A DNA stretch of 61,542 nucleotides, filler included, from Asterionella formosa (taxonomy: Eukaryota), in assembly GCA_002256025.1 (NCBI GenBank). It is 10 parts of 10 records of this genome, joined end to end, with 100 filler letters (N's around TTAATTAATTAA, not from the genome) between each part and the next. Parts side by side here need not be neighbours in the genome. Positions count along the whole stretch, not along the records: positions 1 to 6,070 come from NKIB01012825.1; positions 6,171 to 12,238 come from NKIB01012826.1; 8 more parts are not named here. One strand, 5' to 3'. The notes under the pieces are model-generated. The model was not told where the DNA came from and ran no database searches. It worked only from the letters and a program-made list of their open reading frames with translations. The number at the start of each line of letters is the position of its first letter. Position 1 is the first letter of the stretch. A program made the translations under genes and the position numbers. This document shows positions 1-11,900 of the stretch, piece by piece.

Positions 1-545
1 TTAACACACTGTTTCCTCGGTTGATAATCTAAAACTCAAATTAAATTATAAGCTAAACTAAATGTTTCCTTTCCATGCATCTTTGCTTCCTGCAAAGTCG
101 TTCTAAGACTCTCTTCGAGTTTCCACTTAACATTTTCATAGAAATCTTCAATCTTTGATCTTGTTAGACAGCTGATTGACATGGCAATGCAATATTCGAC
201 TCGTTCGATTACAATCGAGTCCACAATCCTTGTGACTCGGGCTAATATTCTTGACAGACTACCAGTACCAGTTGCCATACGGACCGTTGACCGAACGCTG
301 GCTGATATTTTTCAAGTCAGTATTTAAAATATATTTTTGATTGTTCGCGTTTTAATTTTGCGACAGTAACGGTATCTTATGTCGGGAGTATCATTGTACC
401 AGTACCACTCCGTTTTCTTGATCACAAAACTACCTAAATTTCCATTAAAAAAATCGAGTTGTGCAGCCATCAACATAATAACATACCAGTAGTGCTTTGA
501 GCAAACCTGCACGATTTGGATAAAATCAATTGGCAAGCTTGAGTA

Positions 546-2201
546 ATGATGGTATACACGCTTTTGTTCGTTGTCGCCCTATGTGCTAGCGTCTCCGGTG
601 CACACGATGTGTATCATCGGGACAGCCCATCGGCAATCAACTCTGGCTCTGGAAAATCACTATCTTGCGAAGATTCGCGCAAGACAACCCTTGCTACTCG
701 AATGCTTCAAGGCTATGCTGCCCTCCAGCGAGCTGTAGATTATGACTCCTTACTACGAGATGCACTGGCTGTCCTCGGTGATGGCTGCTTCTCCTATGAA
801 GAACTTGAAACGATGGTTGTTACTGTCACGACATCGCATAAGCAGAATCGAAAGGATCAACAATCGGCGATTCGGAGCCGCAAAAACAATGATGCTTTTC
901 AGATCCAAGATATAGCGCCACAAAATAACACTTACGCCGATCGGCATATCCGAGCCATGGAGAAAGCTAAGAAAGATATCGATTGCATGGAAGGCGAATT
1001 CGATGTATCTTCCGATACATACAACCATGAGGAAGCAATTAGAGTGTTGGAAAAATGCCGTCTAGTTGTATTAAGAAATGTGTATGACAAGGATTTCACT
1101 CAGTCCTATCGTGCCACCCTGGGCGATTATGTCGGGGGTCTACATACGGGACGCGTAAGCCGCAACGGCCGTACAACACACGGCCAAGGAGGCTTCTACT
1201 TGAAAAGGTCACCGAAACGATGGGAGATTCTCTTGCCCCGCAACCTCGCGTCCGAAAAAATAATTGCCCACACTGCGACTATGGATATTCTGAGAGATGT
1301 TCGCATTCTTTCAACACAATTGATGGTGCATTCAACTGGAGCTGTCATTGCGGAAAGTGGGGCAGTTGCAGGTCACTGGCATGCGGATGACGAATATCTC
1401 TTCAGAGATTACGAGTCGCTGGGTGTCAGTGGTATTGCTGGACATGATATGCCCTTGTACGCTGTCTCTATGATGACGCCAATGTTGGATTTGAATTACG
1501 ACCATGGCCCCACAGAATTCTGCGTTGGAACGTCGCACCTCAAGGGTTTGTCAAGAAAACCGAGAGTTGTCGATGAGTCGTTGCTAAAGGACAATTCTCC
1601 GTTTGCAACCATGTGGGAAAATCTTGACAATGGTGCATGTCCACCTGATGCATGGAGAGTTCCAGTTTTGGGTATTGGAGATGTGGTCCTTTTTGACTAT
1701 CAAATTATCCACCGTGGGGGAGCCAACAAAAGTCCTGATCTTCGGGCAATGCTGTACACAACATACTCGAGAGCATGGTACCGTGATTCTAATTTCGACG
1801 CTTCCATGTTTCAACAAAACGGTGATGACGGGACATTCAATGAATTGATCGCCTCTACTAGGTTCGCCATTCCGGACCAATCCGAACCATGCCAGGGTGA
1901 TGAGTGCTTACCACTGGAGCGAATCTCACATTTCATGAATGAACAGGAAAATAACGATTGGATTGAAACAGATGTGACTTCCTTTCCCATCTCTAATCGG
2001 GATTTGGCTGTGGATGCTCTTGCTATCTATATTGATGATTTTATTATTGACGCCTTGCCCATTGGAAAAACTCGTTTTCTCGTGGATGTAGGAGTTGGTT
2101 CCAAATTGGACATCCGCGACTTCGCGAATGGACACATTTATAACGAATGGACAATATCCCATAAGCAGGGGCAGATTATTGTTAGCACCTCCTTCTCTTG
2201 A
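546..2201 (+). CDS. Secreted phytanoyl-CoA dioxygenase (PhyH)-like Fe(II)/2-oxoglutarate oxygenase
   Basis: 551-aa intronless ORF. N-terminal signal peptide (MMVYTLLFVVALCASVSGA). HxD in GHWHADDEY, PhyH-type GPTEFCVGTSH and GDVVLFDYQIIHRGGAN (distal His), and a following Arg (DLRAMLYTTY) as probable 2OG ligand. Confidence 0.8.
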   Translation: MMVYTLLFVVALCASVSGAHDVYHRDSPSAINSGSGKSLSCEDSRKTTLATRMLQGYAALQRAVDYDSLLRDALAVLGDGCFSYEELETMVVTVTTSHKQNRKDQQSAIRSRKNNDAFQIQDIAPQNNTYADRHIRAMEKAKKDIDCMEGEFDVSSDTYNHEEAIRVLEKCRLVVLRNVYDKDFTQSYRATLGDYVGGLHTGRVSRNGRTTHGQGGFYLKRSPKRWEILLPRNLASEKIIAHTATMDILRDVRILSTQLMVHSTGAVIAESGAVAGHWHADDEYLFRDYESLGVSGIAGHDMPLYAVSMMTPMLDLNYDHGPTEFCVGTSHLKGLSRKPRVVDESLLKDNSPFATMWENLDNGACPPDAWRVPVLGIGDVVLFDYQIIHRGGANKSPDLRAMLYTTYSRAWYRDSNFDASMFQQNGDDGTFNELIASTRFAIPDQSEPCQGDECLPLERISHFMNEQENNDWIETDVTSFPISNRDLAVDALAIYIDDFIIDALPIGKTRFLVDVGVGSKLDIRDFANGHIYNEWTISHKQGQIIVSTSFS

Positions 2202-2662
2202 ACGACGAAAAAGGCCGTGATAACATGGGGAACTTTGGGACAAGGTTGAAAAGTGCTTACTTACAATTATTTAATGGCAAGGGCATAAATGCTAAAACGC
2301 CGGATCCTACCCGGATATCCCAACCCCTATTCTTGTCACGTGTTTTGTAGGACGATATTTTGCGACAAAATCGATGATCAAGCTCGGTATACAAATTGTT
2401 CAAACAGTCCAACATGTATTGAAAGGCATGACTCAGAATTATATCCACAAATAAATCATTTTGGCGACCAGAGGGCTAATTGCACTATTTGTAGTCATCT
2501 CGTACTTTTGGTCACATAGGAAATGGCGACAGCCTTCGCGCCCCATTGCACTTTGCATCTATCTACCGAAGGAGAAGAATATTCACAATTAAAGTAAACA
2601 GGAAAATATTAATTATCAATATGGCGCGCAGCTGAACATTTAAAGATTCAATGAAGTTGGTA

Positions 2663-5660
2663 CTATATTCGGACTTGAGCACTAGTCAAATCCTGCATGA
2701 CGTCGTTGCCTCCTTGAGGCGGAGATACATCATCTCCGTCTTGACTTTTCTCAAAGTAGACATCACCGCGTCGCAGCTTGGAATTCAAGGTTGGTTCTGT
2801 GTAGGAAATGGGCTGCTTAACAGATCTCCGGAGCTTGCCGGCAGTGGCAAATCTCGAGGTCGCAGCATCCGCATTTGGTGGGGGTGACATTGCCATTGAT
2901 TGCGACACACTGTTAGCAATAGCATCGAGGTTATGGCTTTCTTTGATCATCGAATCGGGGGATAGATTTGAGGACGAATCTGCACCAACGGTTGAACCAT
3001 ATAGCCGGCTACCCCTTGCTGAAAAATTTGGTGAAAGGACCTGGGTTGTCCCACTATCAACTTTGTTGTCTCTGTTCGAAAATCCACCGCTGTAATAAGG
3101 GAAGGATGAATCGTGTTGCCCAATAATCTCATCGCGGCCACCAGGAGCTCGCAACGAGTTATAATTCATGCTCGAAGTAGGTCGTGCTGATCGCATTATT
3201 CCGTCTGGTTCATCAAAAGGAATGATAGAGTTGGGATCACTATTTCCCGTGGAAAGTCGCAACGCCACTAAACGCCTCCTGTTTTCGACCCTAGAGCTTG
3301 AATTAGACATGCCAGATATAATGCTCAACTGCTCTGAATTCGTGGACAAACCAGAAGTGTCACTCACTGATGACCCAACAGATTCAGCGTCGCCAGCATT
3401 TGCTATGCGTTCATCATTGGCCATGCGTTCCTTGATTCGCCGCTGTTGCAGTCGCTTCAACACCAAGCTTGGACTACGAATGCCACTTGTCTTCGTTGGC
3501 GATGAATCCGTTTCTGACGGTGGCGACTTTTTAAATTCTGTTTCCATGGCGGATTGTTCTGGGAGATCGTCGTCTTCGCTGTCTGAATTCAGAAATCGAC
3601 TCTTTCCAGCCAAACGACCCACGTTTCGAGTCGCCAAAGGCCCGGTGGTGGGTCGAGGCTGAAGGGCTTTTTCATAGCGTGCTCGTGCAGTCGCCGAAGC
3701 GCTCTTTTCTGGTCGACATGGCTGTTCTGGGTCAGGTGAAGCGTCTTGTGAGTTAATTCCCACAGGCGTTGAAAATCTCGTAGGCCTTGAAGGCGACGAG
3801 AAAGGCTCAACGGAACCATTTGGCTTAAACGACGAATCGCCCGCTTCCTTTGGATCGCCTGCTTGAGGAGGGGACGATAGCGGAAACAATCGCGACCCAA
3901 AAGATGGTGATTGCGACCTGTGGGTTGGCCTGGGGATGTCATTTTTCGAAGTTGTATCCCGAGATCCACCTGATCTTGGCAAGGATGGTAGGGATGCTGG
4001 CGAACTGGATCGGACAGAGTGTTTTGCTTTGACAAAATTTTCTTCCCGCTCTTCTGCTGGTTTAGGTGACGCCGGAACTGTAGCCAATGTGGCTTTGGTG
4101 TAAGGAGCTGGTGTTGGTGGTTTGGGAGCAGTGCCTTGCGCATCGACCTTTCGTCGCATGGGTGATCGATCTCGAACACCAACTTTGGTAATGTCGGATT
4201 CTTCTCCAACTCTTGCAGCTTTGGGTGGACTAGGAACGAATGGATTGTAAATCACGGTCTGCGACGAGGTGCTAAGAGCAACAAGGCCTTCGTCTGATCG
4301 ATTTGAAAAACTGGATGGAAAGGTCGTATCAAAGGATGCGTCAAAAGCCTTAATGTTATTGAATGATCCTCGCTTTGTTTCTGATTGCGTTGAAAGGGCA
4401 CTTTGATCTTCAGACATAGAGGACGAGTAGGATCGATCATCCGTGTCAGTTTCCATCAATGTCGGCGACTGGTGAAAGTGTGCATTGAGCTTTCTTGTCG
4501 GCGGCAAGTCAGAGGGAAAGCTTTCATTGTACAAATCTTCCACGATTTTGGGCGATGGTGAATGCGGGAACATCGCTCTAGAGAGGGTGGAAACCATAAC
4601 TTCATCTCCAGGTGGTTCATCATCTTCGTCCTCAAATAAGTTCTCTCCGCTGGTTGCCTCAAAGTCAAATGTGTCATCGATTCCATTATTGATGGCACTT
4701 ACAATTGGAGCCTTTGCCTTTGCAGTGACCATTGGCATCGGTGGGGGTGGTAATGGCTGTGGTACGTGGGCTGCTATTATACGATCTATCCTGTCCATTT
4801 CTACAGCCACATCTGCGCCTGTTGCCGATGTATCTTTAACTGACAACGGCCTTCGTTGCATAGATTGCCGTTGCGCCGCCAATGCTTCTGCTGCTCTCCG
4901 TTGATGCATAGCCAGTTCCTTCTTTAACATGGCGACGTGACTAATGGCTTCTCGACATCGCGACGCCAAATTCATCTGCGAACGCCGTTTATGTCAGAAT
5001 ACAAAGCAGCAAGCTGATTCGAGTTGCAACATCGTGGCAATGTAACTTACATTCTCCATTGTTAATCTGGTAACATTCTTTGTCTCTTCTCGGTGTCGGA
5101 CACGAAGTTCACTCTGCAAAATGAGAGCAAGGAGAACATGGGTTAGAACAACGTATCATTCCCAACGGGTACGCCAAAGTCTGGCGCAATCAGAGCGCTG
5201 CAGGCTTTCAGAGGCAACGAGCTCGACAGATTCCGCACACTCTCAGGTGCTGTGCTTCAGAGCTGTGTGATTCCAAGATCATCCGGCGGATCCTTCAGGT
5301 TGACAACGCTCCATCGATGTAACAAAGCATGAGTTGCCACAGCAAATTTCATGCCGTTCCTCAGTGTGGAAGAGCTGCTCTGCTGGCTCGAACGCTATTT
5401 TCATGGGACTGGACTAACTTCTTCCAATACATTAATTACACGAGTTTCCGTAGTCGTACCAATTCCTTTGCTAGTCGATAATTTTTCGCGGTAAGGGCTT
5501 GCTGGTCGTTGCCTGGCTTTGGCGGCTTCTGCTCATTGGATGGAGAATTCGATGGGGCCACTGCTTCTTCCTGTTTCACGCCATTCTGCTGTTCCTGCGC
5601 TTGTTTCCGACGAGACGTCGCCTTTCGGCCCAAGCCAGCGGCAGCTTTCCTCATGGTCAA
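2663..5660 (-). CDS. Shugoshin-like protein; 3 exons (5660-5460, 5113-5051, 4975-2663)
   Basis: C-terminal SGO-type basic motif LRRSVKQPISYTEPTLNSKLRRGD. Two phase-0 GT-AG introns (5459-5114, 5050-4976) join an N-terminal coiled coil, ALTAKNYRLAKEL-SELRVRHREETKNVTRLTMEN-MNLASRCREAISHVAMLKKEL. The middle is long, S/P-rich and likely disordered. Confidence 0.75.
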
Positions 5661-6070
5661 GAAATGTTGCCTATGTCCTGCGGGTACCGGTAGACTGCTA
5701 ACATATGCTATATAAATATTATCGTTTTATACTTATTACCGGAACCTTTTTTCTATTTTATGTAGACTGTCGGTACGAGCCTGCTAAAATGTATGCTACA
5801 TTACCGGTATGAAGGGCGGTATGTCATGGATACAGCAGAATACCTGTGTGCATATCATGTACGTGCTGGGAGGAGGATTAATTTCCGGATATAACAAGTA
5901 CCGGTATGCATGTACCTGTGCCGGTACCGGTACCAGTCATTCTAAAACATGACAGGTTTTTCCTTTTATGTCGCTATGGCTGTACCGGTAGGAGTAGAAG
6001 TGCGTATCATGATCTGTCGCAAGTCGGCAAAGCCAATGAGTTGAGGGTGAACACCAGCCAACATGACTAC

Positions 6071-6170
6071 NNNNNNNNNNNNNNNNNNNNNNNNNNNNNN
6101 NNNNNNNNNNNNNNTTAATTAATTAANNNNNNNNNNNNNNNNNNNNNNNNNNNNNNNNNNNNNNNNNNNN
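6071..6170. other. Artificial contig spacer (N44-TTAATTAATTAA-N44); also at 12239, 18407, 24575, 30742, 36907, 43068, 49227, 55386
   Basis: Identical spacers with stops in all six frames. Flanking contig lengths never increase (about 6070, 6068, 6068, 6068, 6067, 6065, 6061, 6059, 6059, 6057). Confidence 0.97.
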
Positions 6171-6509
6171 TACCGGTAGTCCAAAAATGTATTTCTATGT
6201 ACAAGCATACGTAAATGTCACGATGACCAGAGCTTGTTTTATGTCCGAGTCGCCCTATGTACGTGGTCACTTCCTCCATTTATGGCATTAGGTTGGCAAT
6301 TTAGAAGAATATGCATATACCGGTTGACTGTGTACCTATGGACCATTCATAATTGTTATTGGATATAGTACTAAGGTAATTACCTCCCAGCTTAGTACCG
6401 GTAAGTCAGTTCACTCAAACCATACATTTGGAAACCATGATGCGAACTAATCATCATTCCATTTCTCAGCGGGGAAATCACAAGTGGCATGGGGTGTATT
6501 CCTATATTA

Positions 6510-8559
6510 GGCCATTGCTAACGGTGGACCAAAACGCAAACCAAACAGTGTTTTGGTTCCGTTAACCCTAAAATTCGATGCTATCGGGAGAGAAAAACCC
6601 AATGCAAATGCATTACGTTTAGGGGATTCTGTGCCTATTTCCCAATAAGTTACCCAAACGTGGCATTACATTTAGGTTTTTTTTCCAAAGTTACCTAAAC
6701 GTAGAATTCCATTTTGGCTACTTTGAATGTAGTCACTAGAAACCCAATTACTATCATCGTAGAATCAGTACATATAGGACGCATCATTTACCAGTATATC
6801 ATACATACATAGATACAACAATAGCTATACAGTACTCTGGTACCAGGTAGCAGCAGGGGACCACACTGTCAAGAACAACTAGAACAACAAAAACAACAAA
6901 TCATGTTGGATTTCACCACAATCAACATGTCATCAAACCCACATTTCACCAACATGGCACACATGGATTCATGTGACCATCGCCCACATAACATTGTACA
7001 ATGTCTAGATGCCAATGGTGAGGTAGAACCAGAGAAATGGTTACAGTATCTTCAGTTTTTGTCTGATTTCGGAAAAACTCTACTCATGCCCACTCCAGAA
7101 ATACAAGGTCTTAACAATGTGCCTCTACCCCCAAGAGTTAGAGCGAGAGAAAAGAACAAGGTCTGTGAATACATCAATGACGAAGGGCTAATTCAAATGA
7201 TAACTCCTGTGATGTCGAACTTGTATATACTATACATTTCCAGACCAGCATTTGAATCATTGTCATTTCAAAAGAAATTCCGCCGCAAATTTCGACTACC
7301 ACACAACCAGTTCCTCCAATTTGTTGTTGATGCTAGAGATTCAAATTGGTTTCCTCGCTGGACTCGACCTGATGCAACAGGAAGGGCTTCATCACCCCTT
7401 GAACTTATGGTTATAGGAGCATTCAATTACCTTGGGAGAGGATGGACTTTTGATGACATTGAGGAGAATACTGGTATCAGTCACGAGACCCACAGGCAAT
7501 TCTTCCATGACTATATTGAAGTTGGAAGTACCATCCTTTACAAAAAATATGCATGTTAGAACTCCAACAAACCCATTGGAAGCAGAGCACCACATGTTTG
7601 AAATGACACAGGCAGGTTTCCCTGGATGTCTTGGGTCCACAGATGCTACACATGTGTCAATAGAGCGATGCTTCAATCGGCTTTGGAACCAGCATATATC
7701 ATCAAAACTTCCTTGTACTGCCAGGACTTATAATGCTACTGTGAATCATCGCTGGAGGATCCTGTCTAGTACCACGGGGCATCCTTGTCAATGGAATGAT
7801 AAAACATTAATCAACTTTGATACTTTTGCTCGAGGCATCCAGAATGGTCAAGATGCCTTAAAAGATGTGGAGTTTGAGGTTAAATAAAAAGATCGGAATG
7901 GAGCAGCTGTATCCATAAAGTATAGTGGGTGCTTTTTGATAGTTGACAATGGATATCTAAAATGGTCTACAACAGTGCCTCCAACCTTAAACCCAGAAAC
8001 TGAGCAAGAACTTAGATGGTCTGAATGGCTGAAGTCACTTAGATAAGATGTGGAATGTACCTTTGGAATACTCAAGGGACGCTGGCGGATTTTAAAGTCA
8101 GGCATTCGAATACATGGAGAAACAGAACCTGACAAGAAGGTCTGGCTAACATGTTGCACATTTCATAACATGTTGCTTGATATTGATGGCTTAGACCTGC
8201 AATGGCAAAATGGTGTTTTATGTGACTGGGAAGGACCATTAGGCCAATTAAATGGAGCTGAAGCACCTTTTGCTATTCAAAGGCTAAATGCAGTTGCAAG
8301 ACCGGCAGTACTTGGATTAGCCAGTTTGCGAACAATTGATACCTCTGGAATGGATCCTGGTAATGATGGTGATGGACAAATTCCTGATTCAATTCGCAAT
8401 TTAGTGCCGGATCCAAATAACAACTTCAATATTGAAGTGCTAACAAAGAATGTTGATACAGTTCGAGTGGTCCGGCATTTAAGTTTACAGTTCTTCAAGA
8501 GTAAACTCATTGAACATTTTGATATTTTATGGAAACAAAATAAGATTGTTTGGCCATAA
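6510..8559 (+). mobile_element. PIF/Harbinger DNA transposon: left end plus disrupted DDE transposase (6903-8559)
   Basis: End sequence GGCCATTGCTAACGGTGGACC preceded by TTA. Transposase motifs FRRKFRL, YLGRGWTFDD, GSTDATH, IVDNGY, DVECTFGILKGRWRIL, CCTFHNMLL. Frameshift near 7550; in-frame stops at about 7885 and 8044. Confidence 0.85.
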
Positions 8560-8674
8560 CGTCGTAATGTAAATGATCATCCCTAAACCATACAATTATC
8601 TATTTAGAAACTAAAAGAAAATTAGTATGAGCATGAACTAAATTAGATTACTGGGCACCACCATCTGTGAATAT

Positions 8675-8930
8675 AATTTCCGCATTCCCGTCATCCCCTT
8701 GTGTCAATACCCGGTCGGAACATGATGTGGCTACTGTGAAACTATACCTATTACTACGTTAGTACTGTGAGACTGTAGGTTTGCCCTACCAGCATTCCCT
8801 TCTTCCCCTTGTTTCAAGAATACCCGGTCGGAGCATGACGTGGCTACTGTGAAATTCCGCATTCCCGTCATCCCCGTGTGTCAATACCCGGTCGGAACAT
8901 GATGTGACTACTGTGAAATTATACCTATTG
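8675..8930 (+). repeat. Imperfect tandem repeats with core AATACCCGGTCGGA(A/G)CATGA..TG.CTACTGTGAAA; related copies at about 10079-10260 and 55520-55780
   Basis: Core seen at about 8706, 8819, 8883 and 10174. The submotif ACTGTAGGTTTGCCCTACCAG(C/T)ATT recurs at about 8772 and 55596, with a variant at 10129. Confidence 0.75.
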
Positions 8931-11900
8931 GAACTTCAAGGAAATTTCGGAATCATATAGGACCAGCGATACATCAGAAAGACAACAATATGCCACCAAA
9001 AGCAGCAGAAATAGACGATTTCCTATGTTTCATCACTGATTCATTACGGTTAATCAAAATAGTTCTGAGAACCGATAACTTCCTTTATGTTATCGACGGA
9101 ATTGAACAAGAGTTTGTGTTTTTCCTTAATTTATCGTTCCTCCCAGATTAGTTTTTTAGATCGGAAGAAAAAGATGATCCATTTTTACATGTGGCGAAAT
9201 CTTTTTGTACTTCCGAGAAAATCCATAACCCTCCTATTCGTTTCTTGAAACAAACATTCAAAACGACTGCAAAATACAAAGAACTTTCAAATACCATGGT
9301 AGGAAAAGCCATGTGAGTGTTTCCTTTCAAGAATTATACTGACAGCTTAAAATATTCAAAGCTGGATCTTCCAAATGTAAAACTAATTTGGCATATGATA
9401 AAGTCCTTGTTACTACCAGGTTCTGATGATGTCTCCAGCAATAGCGACAGAGTCGACATAACAAGCATCAAATGAGAGTATAGTAACTTACCTATGCTCT
9501 CACCACTGTTGATTGATGGGTGACAGGTCATGTTGTTAATCCTCACATTTGCATATATGGAAGGGAAAAATATTATTTATGTCGAAATCCAAATTAATGG
9601 ACACAGACACTACAAAGCCTTTGCAGCATTGTGCACAAACATATTAAGTGCGGTTTCTAACCTCGTAATTAGGTTGATTTTTGTCGTTTGTCCTGAGGAA
9701 GTGTAGAAATTTTGAGTGGTAGCAGTGCACATGAACAGCGATACAATTTTATAGTTTGCTTCCGGTCTCACACGGTACTGATCATAAGCCCCTTGGTAGC
9801 CACAGTTGAAAAGCAAAACAATCATATAACTTACCTCTTCTCACCGGTTGTTTTGATACCGGTAGAAGGCTTCTCATCACCATTCCCTCATCAGTTTGTT
9901 ATGTGGAATAGAATGCACTACCGGCATGAATCTTTTTAACAATATCTCAACATTTCCTCTTCTTCAAAAAGTGTGTATAACCTACATCTCTGTATGTCTA
10001 GAAACTTTTTCGAAGGAACATTTAATACCCTACCAGTATGTATCATTAGATAAAATATACATGACTTAACAGGAATTCGAATACCCGGTACTGTAAAACT
10101 GTACCTATTACTACGCTGGTACTATGAAACTGTAGGTTTTCCCTTACCAGCATTCCCTTCTTCCCCTTGTCTCAATACCCGGTCGGAACATGACATGGAT
10201 ACTGTGAAACTGTACCTATTACTACGCTGGTACTATGAAAATGTAGCTTTGCGCTACTAATCTAATGTCTATTACTGAGTATGTCGGTTTGACATCGCTT
10301 CCGATCCAGCACTTGCCCACTGTCTAATCCTATAGTTGACAGACCATTATCCCTTTCTGCTTCCTTGTTCTGTTACAGTCACGTTTTTCTTGACAACTTG
10401 ACATTTGCATGCTATTGATAGTGCCATATATCATTTGTTATCTGGAATGGCAAATGTTCCGATTGCTACAAGGAATGGAACAATCTTGGTTGTGAAGGGG
10501 ATACCGATCACAGATTTTTAAATCAGGAAAAACCTGTTTCTATGGCATATTTCATGTCTGTTCAAGAGACAACGGAAGAGTAAGGAACAACTCTTACCGG
10601 TTAGATACTTTGATCATGATGACAAGCAAAGGCAAGGAGAAGACACTAGATGACAGTGTCCTGGATTTTGTTCTCAACAAATTCTATGTGATCATAGAGT
10701 CTTGCTTTTTTAACAAAACATCATTTGAAACTTCAAGGAAATTTCGGAATCATATAGGACCAGCAATGATTTTATGGAAAACTCAGCACTTTCCTCAAGA
10801 TTTTAGACTACATCAGAAAGACAACAATATGCCACCAAATGCACCCATGAACTACATCCAGACTGGCGACCATGTCCTGTTTGAATATTTCCAACTCCTT
10901 ACTGGATAAATGGGACAAATCACTTTCCTCCCCGACCTGTTCCTTATTTACTTTCCCAATCACTCCTATAATTTCGGGAACTCTTTGGTAACAAGTCATG
11001 GACTGCTTCTTCCGGATTGGCAACCATGTCTGGAGTTGCCTTTATTTTACATTTTGCTTTTGCTTTGGAAGGGGGAGATTTTTATCAAGTCTATCAGATT
11101 CGATAGACTCAATTAGACGCTCTGAGGAAGTAGAAACAATATTTATCACAGGCATACAAGCAACACAATCTTTACTTCTGGTAATGGTATTTGGAGAAGA
11201 TGAACTGGCATCAACTATTTCGTTTTCATTCGCCTGTGTTAATGCATAAGCGGAGAATACATGACGTCAGCAATCTTTATTTGGAATGATAGGTATGACG
11301 AATTCCATCAGCTCGTCAGGAAAAAAAGTTCCCAACTTTGGCAATGCTTCTCAAATGTGGCCGTAATGGTGCACAGAAGCTTGTTCCTCTTTTCTTCTGT
11401 ATCAATACCAGCACCAACAATATTAGTAAAAGTACAGGGATCATTTGAAACGCCCCAAAAACGGAGAATTTTATCAACATCATTGGACTCATTTCGACAA
11501 CCATTGTTGCTGCACAACATTGGAATCAGCTATTGATTGAATAATGGTTCTGGTACCCTCAGTGGGTCAATGCAGTATATGAAAGTTTTATCATACCTGA
11601 AATTAATTTTATATTAGTTGGTGAACACGGATTATCTTGTTTGGTTAGAAGCGAAAACACATGAAATGCATGATACTCCATACATACCGGTACATTAAAC
11701 CAGCAGTATTGATACCATACCAGTTCCCTGGTACCTGGTACCTGGTACCAGGTACCATTCCTGAAACTATTGATGTATCAATTTTTTTGTGTACATGGGT
11801 TTGTACCACATATAATGGTCTACCTGCATAGATACCATTATTACACGGCCACACCGGGTTTCATCAATTTTTATTTCAAGAATTATTATTGACAAGGTTA

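Noticed and set aside
546..2201. Fe(II)/2OG halogenase
   Set aside because: The HxD carboxylate ligand is retained (HAD); halogenases replace it with Ala or Gly.
2808..4904. Many short ORFs overlapping long genes here and within the XRN, Copia and MINDY-like ORFs
   Set aside because: Antisense or alternate-frame shadows with no motifs.
6115..6126. TTAATTAATTAA palindrome recurring every 6.16 kb as a biological periodic element
   Set aside because: It always sits centred in N runs and is a six-frame stop linker added during assembly.
8675..10260. CRISPR-like repeat-spacer array
   Set aside because: Spacing is irregular, the intervening segments are themselves repeated, there are no cas genes and the context is a eukaryotic transposon.
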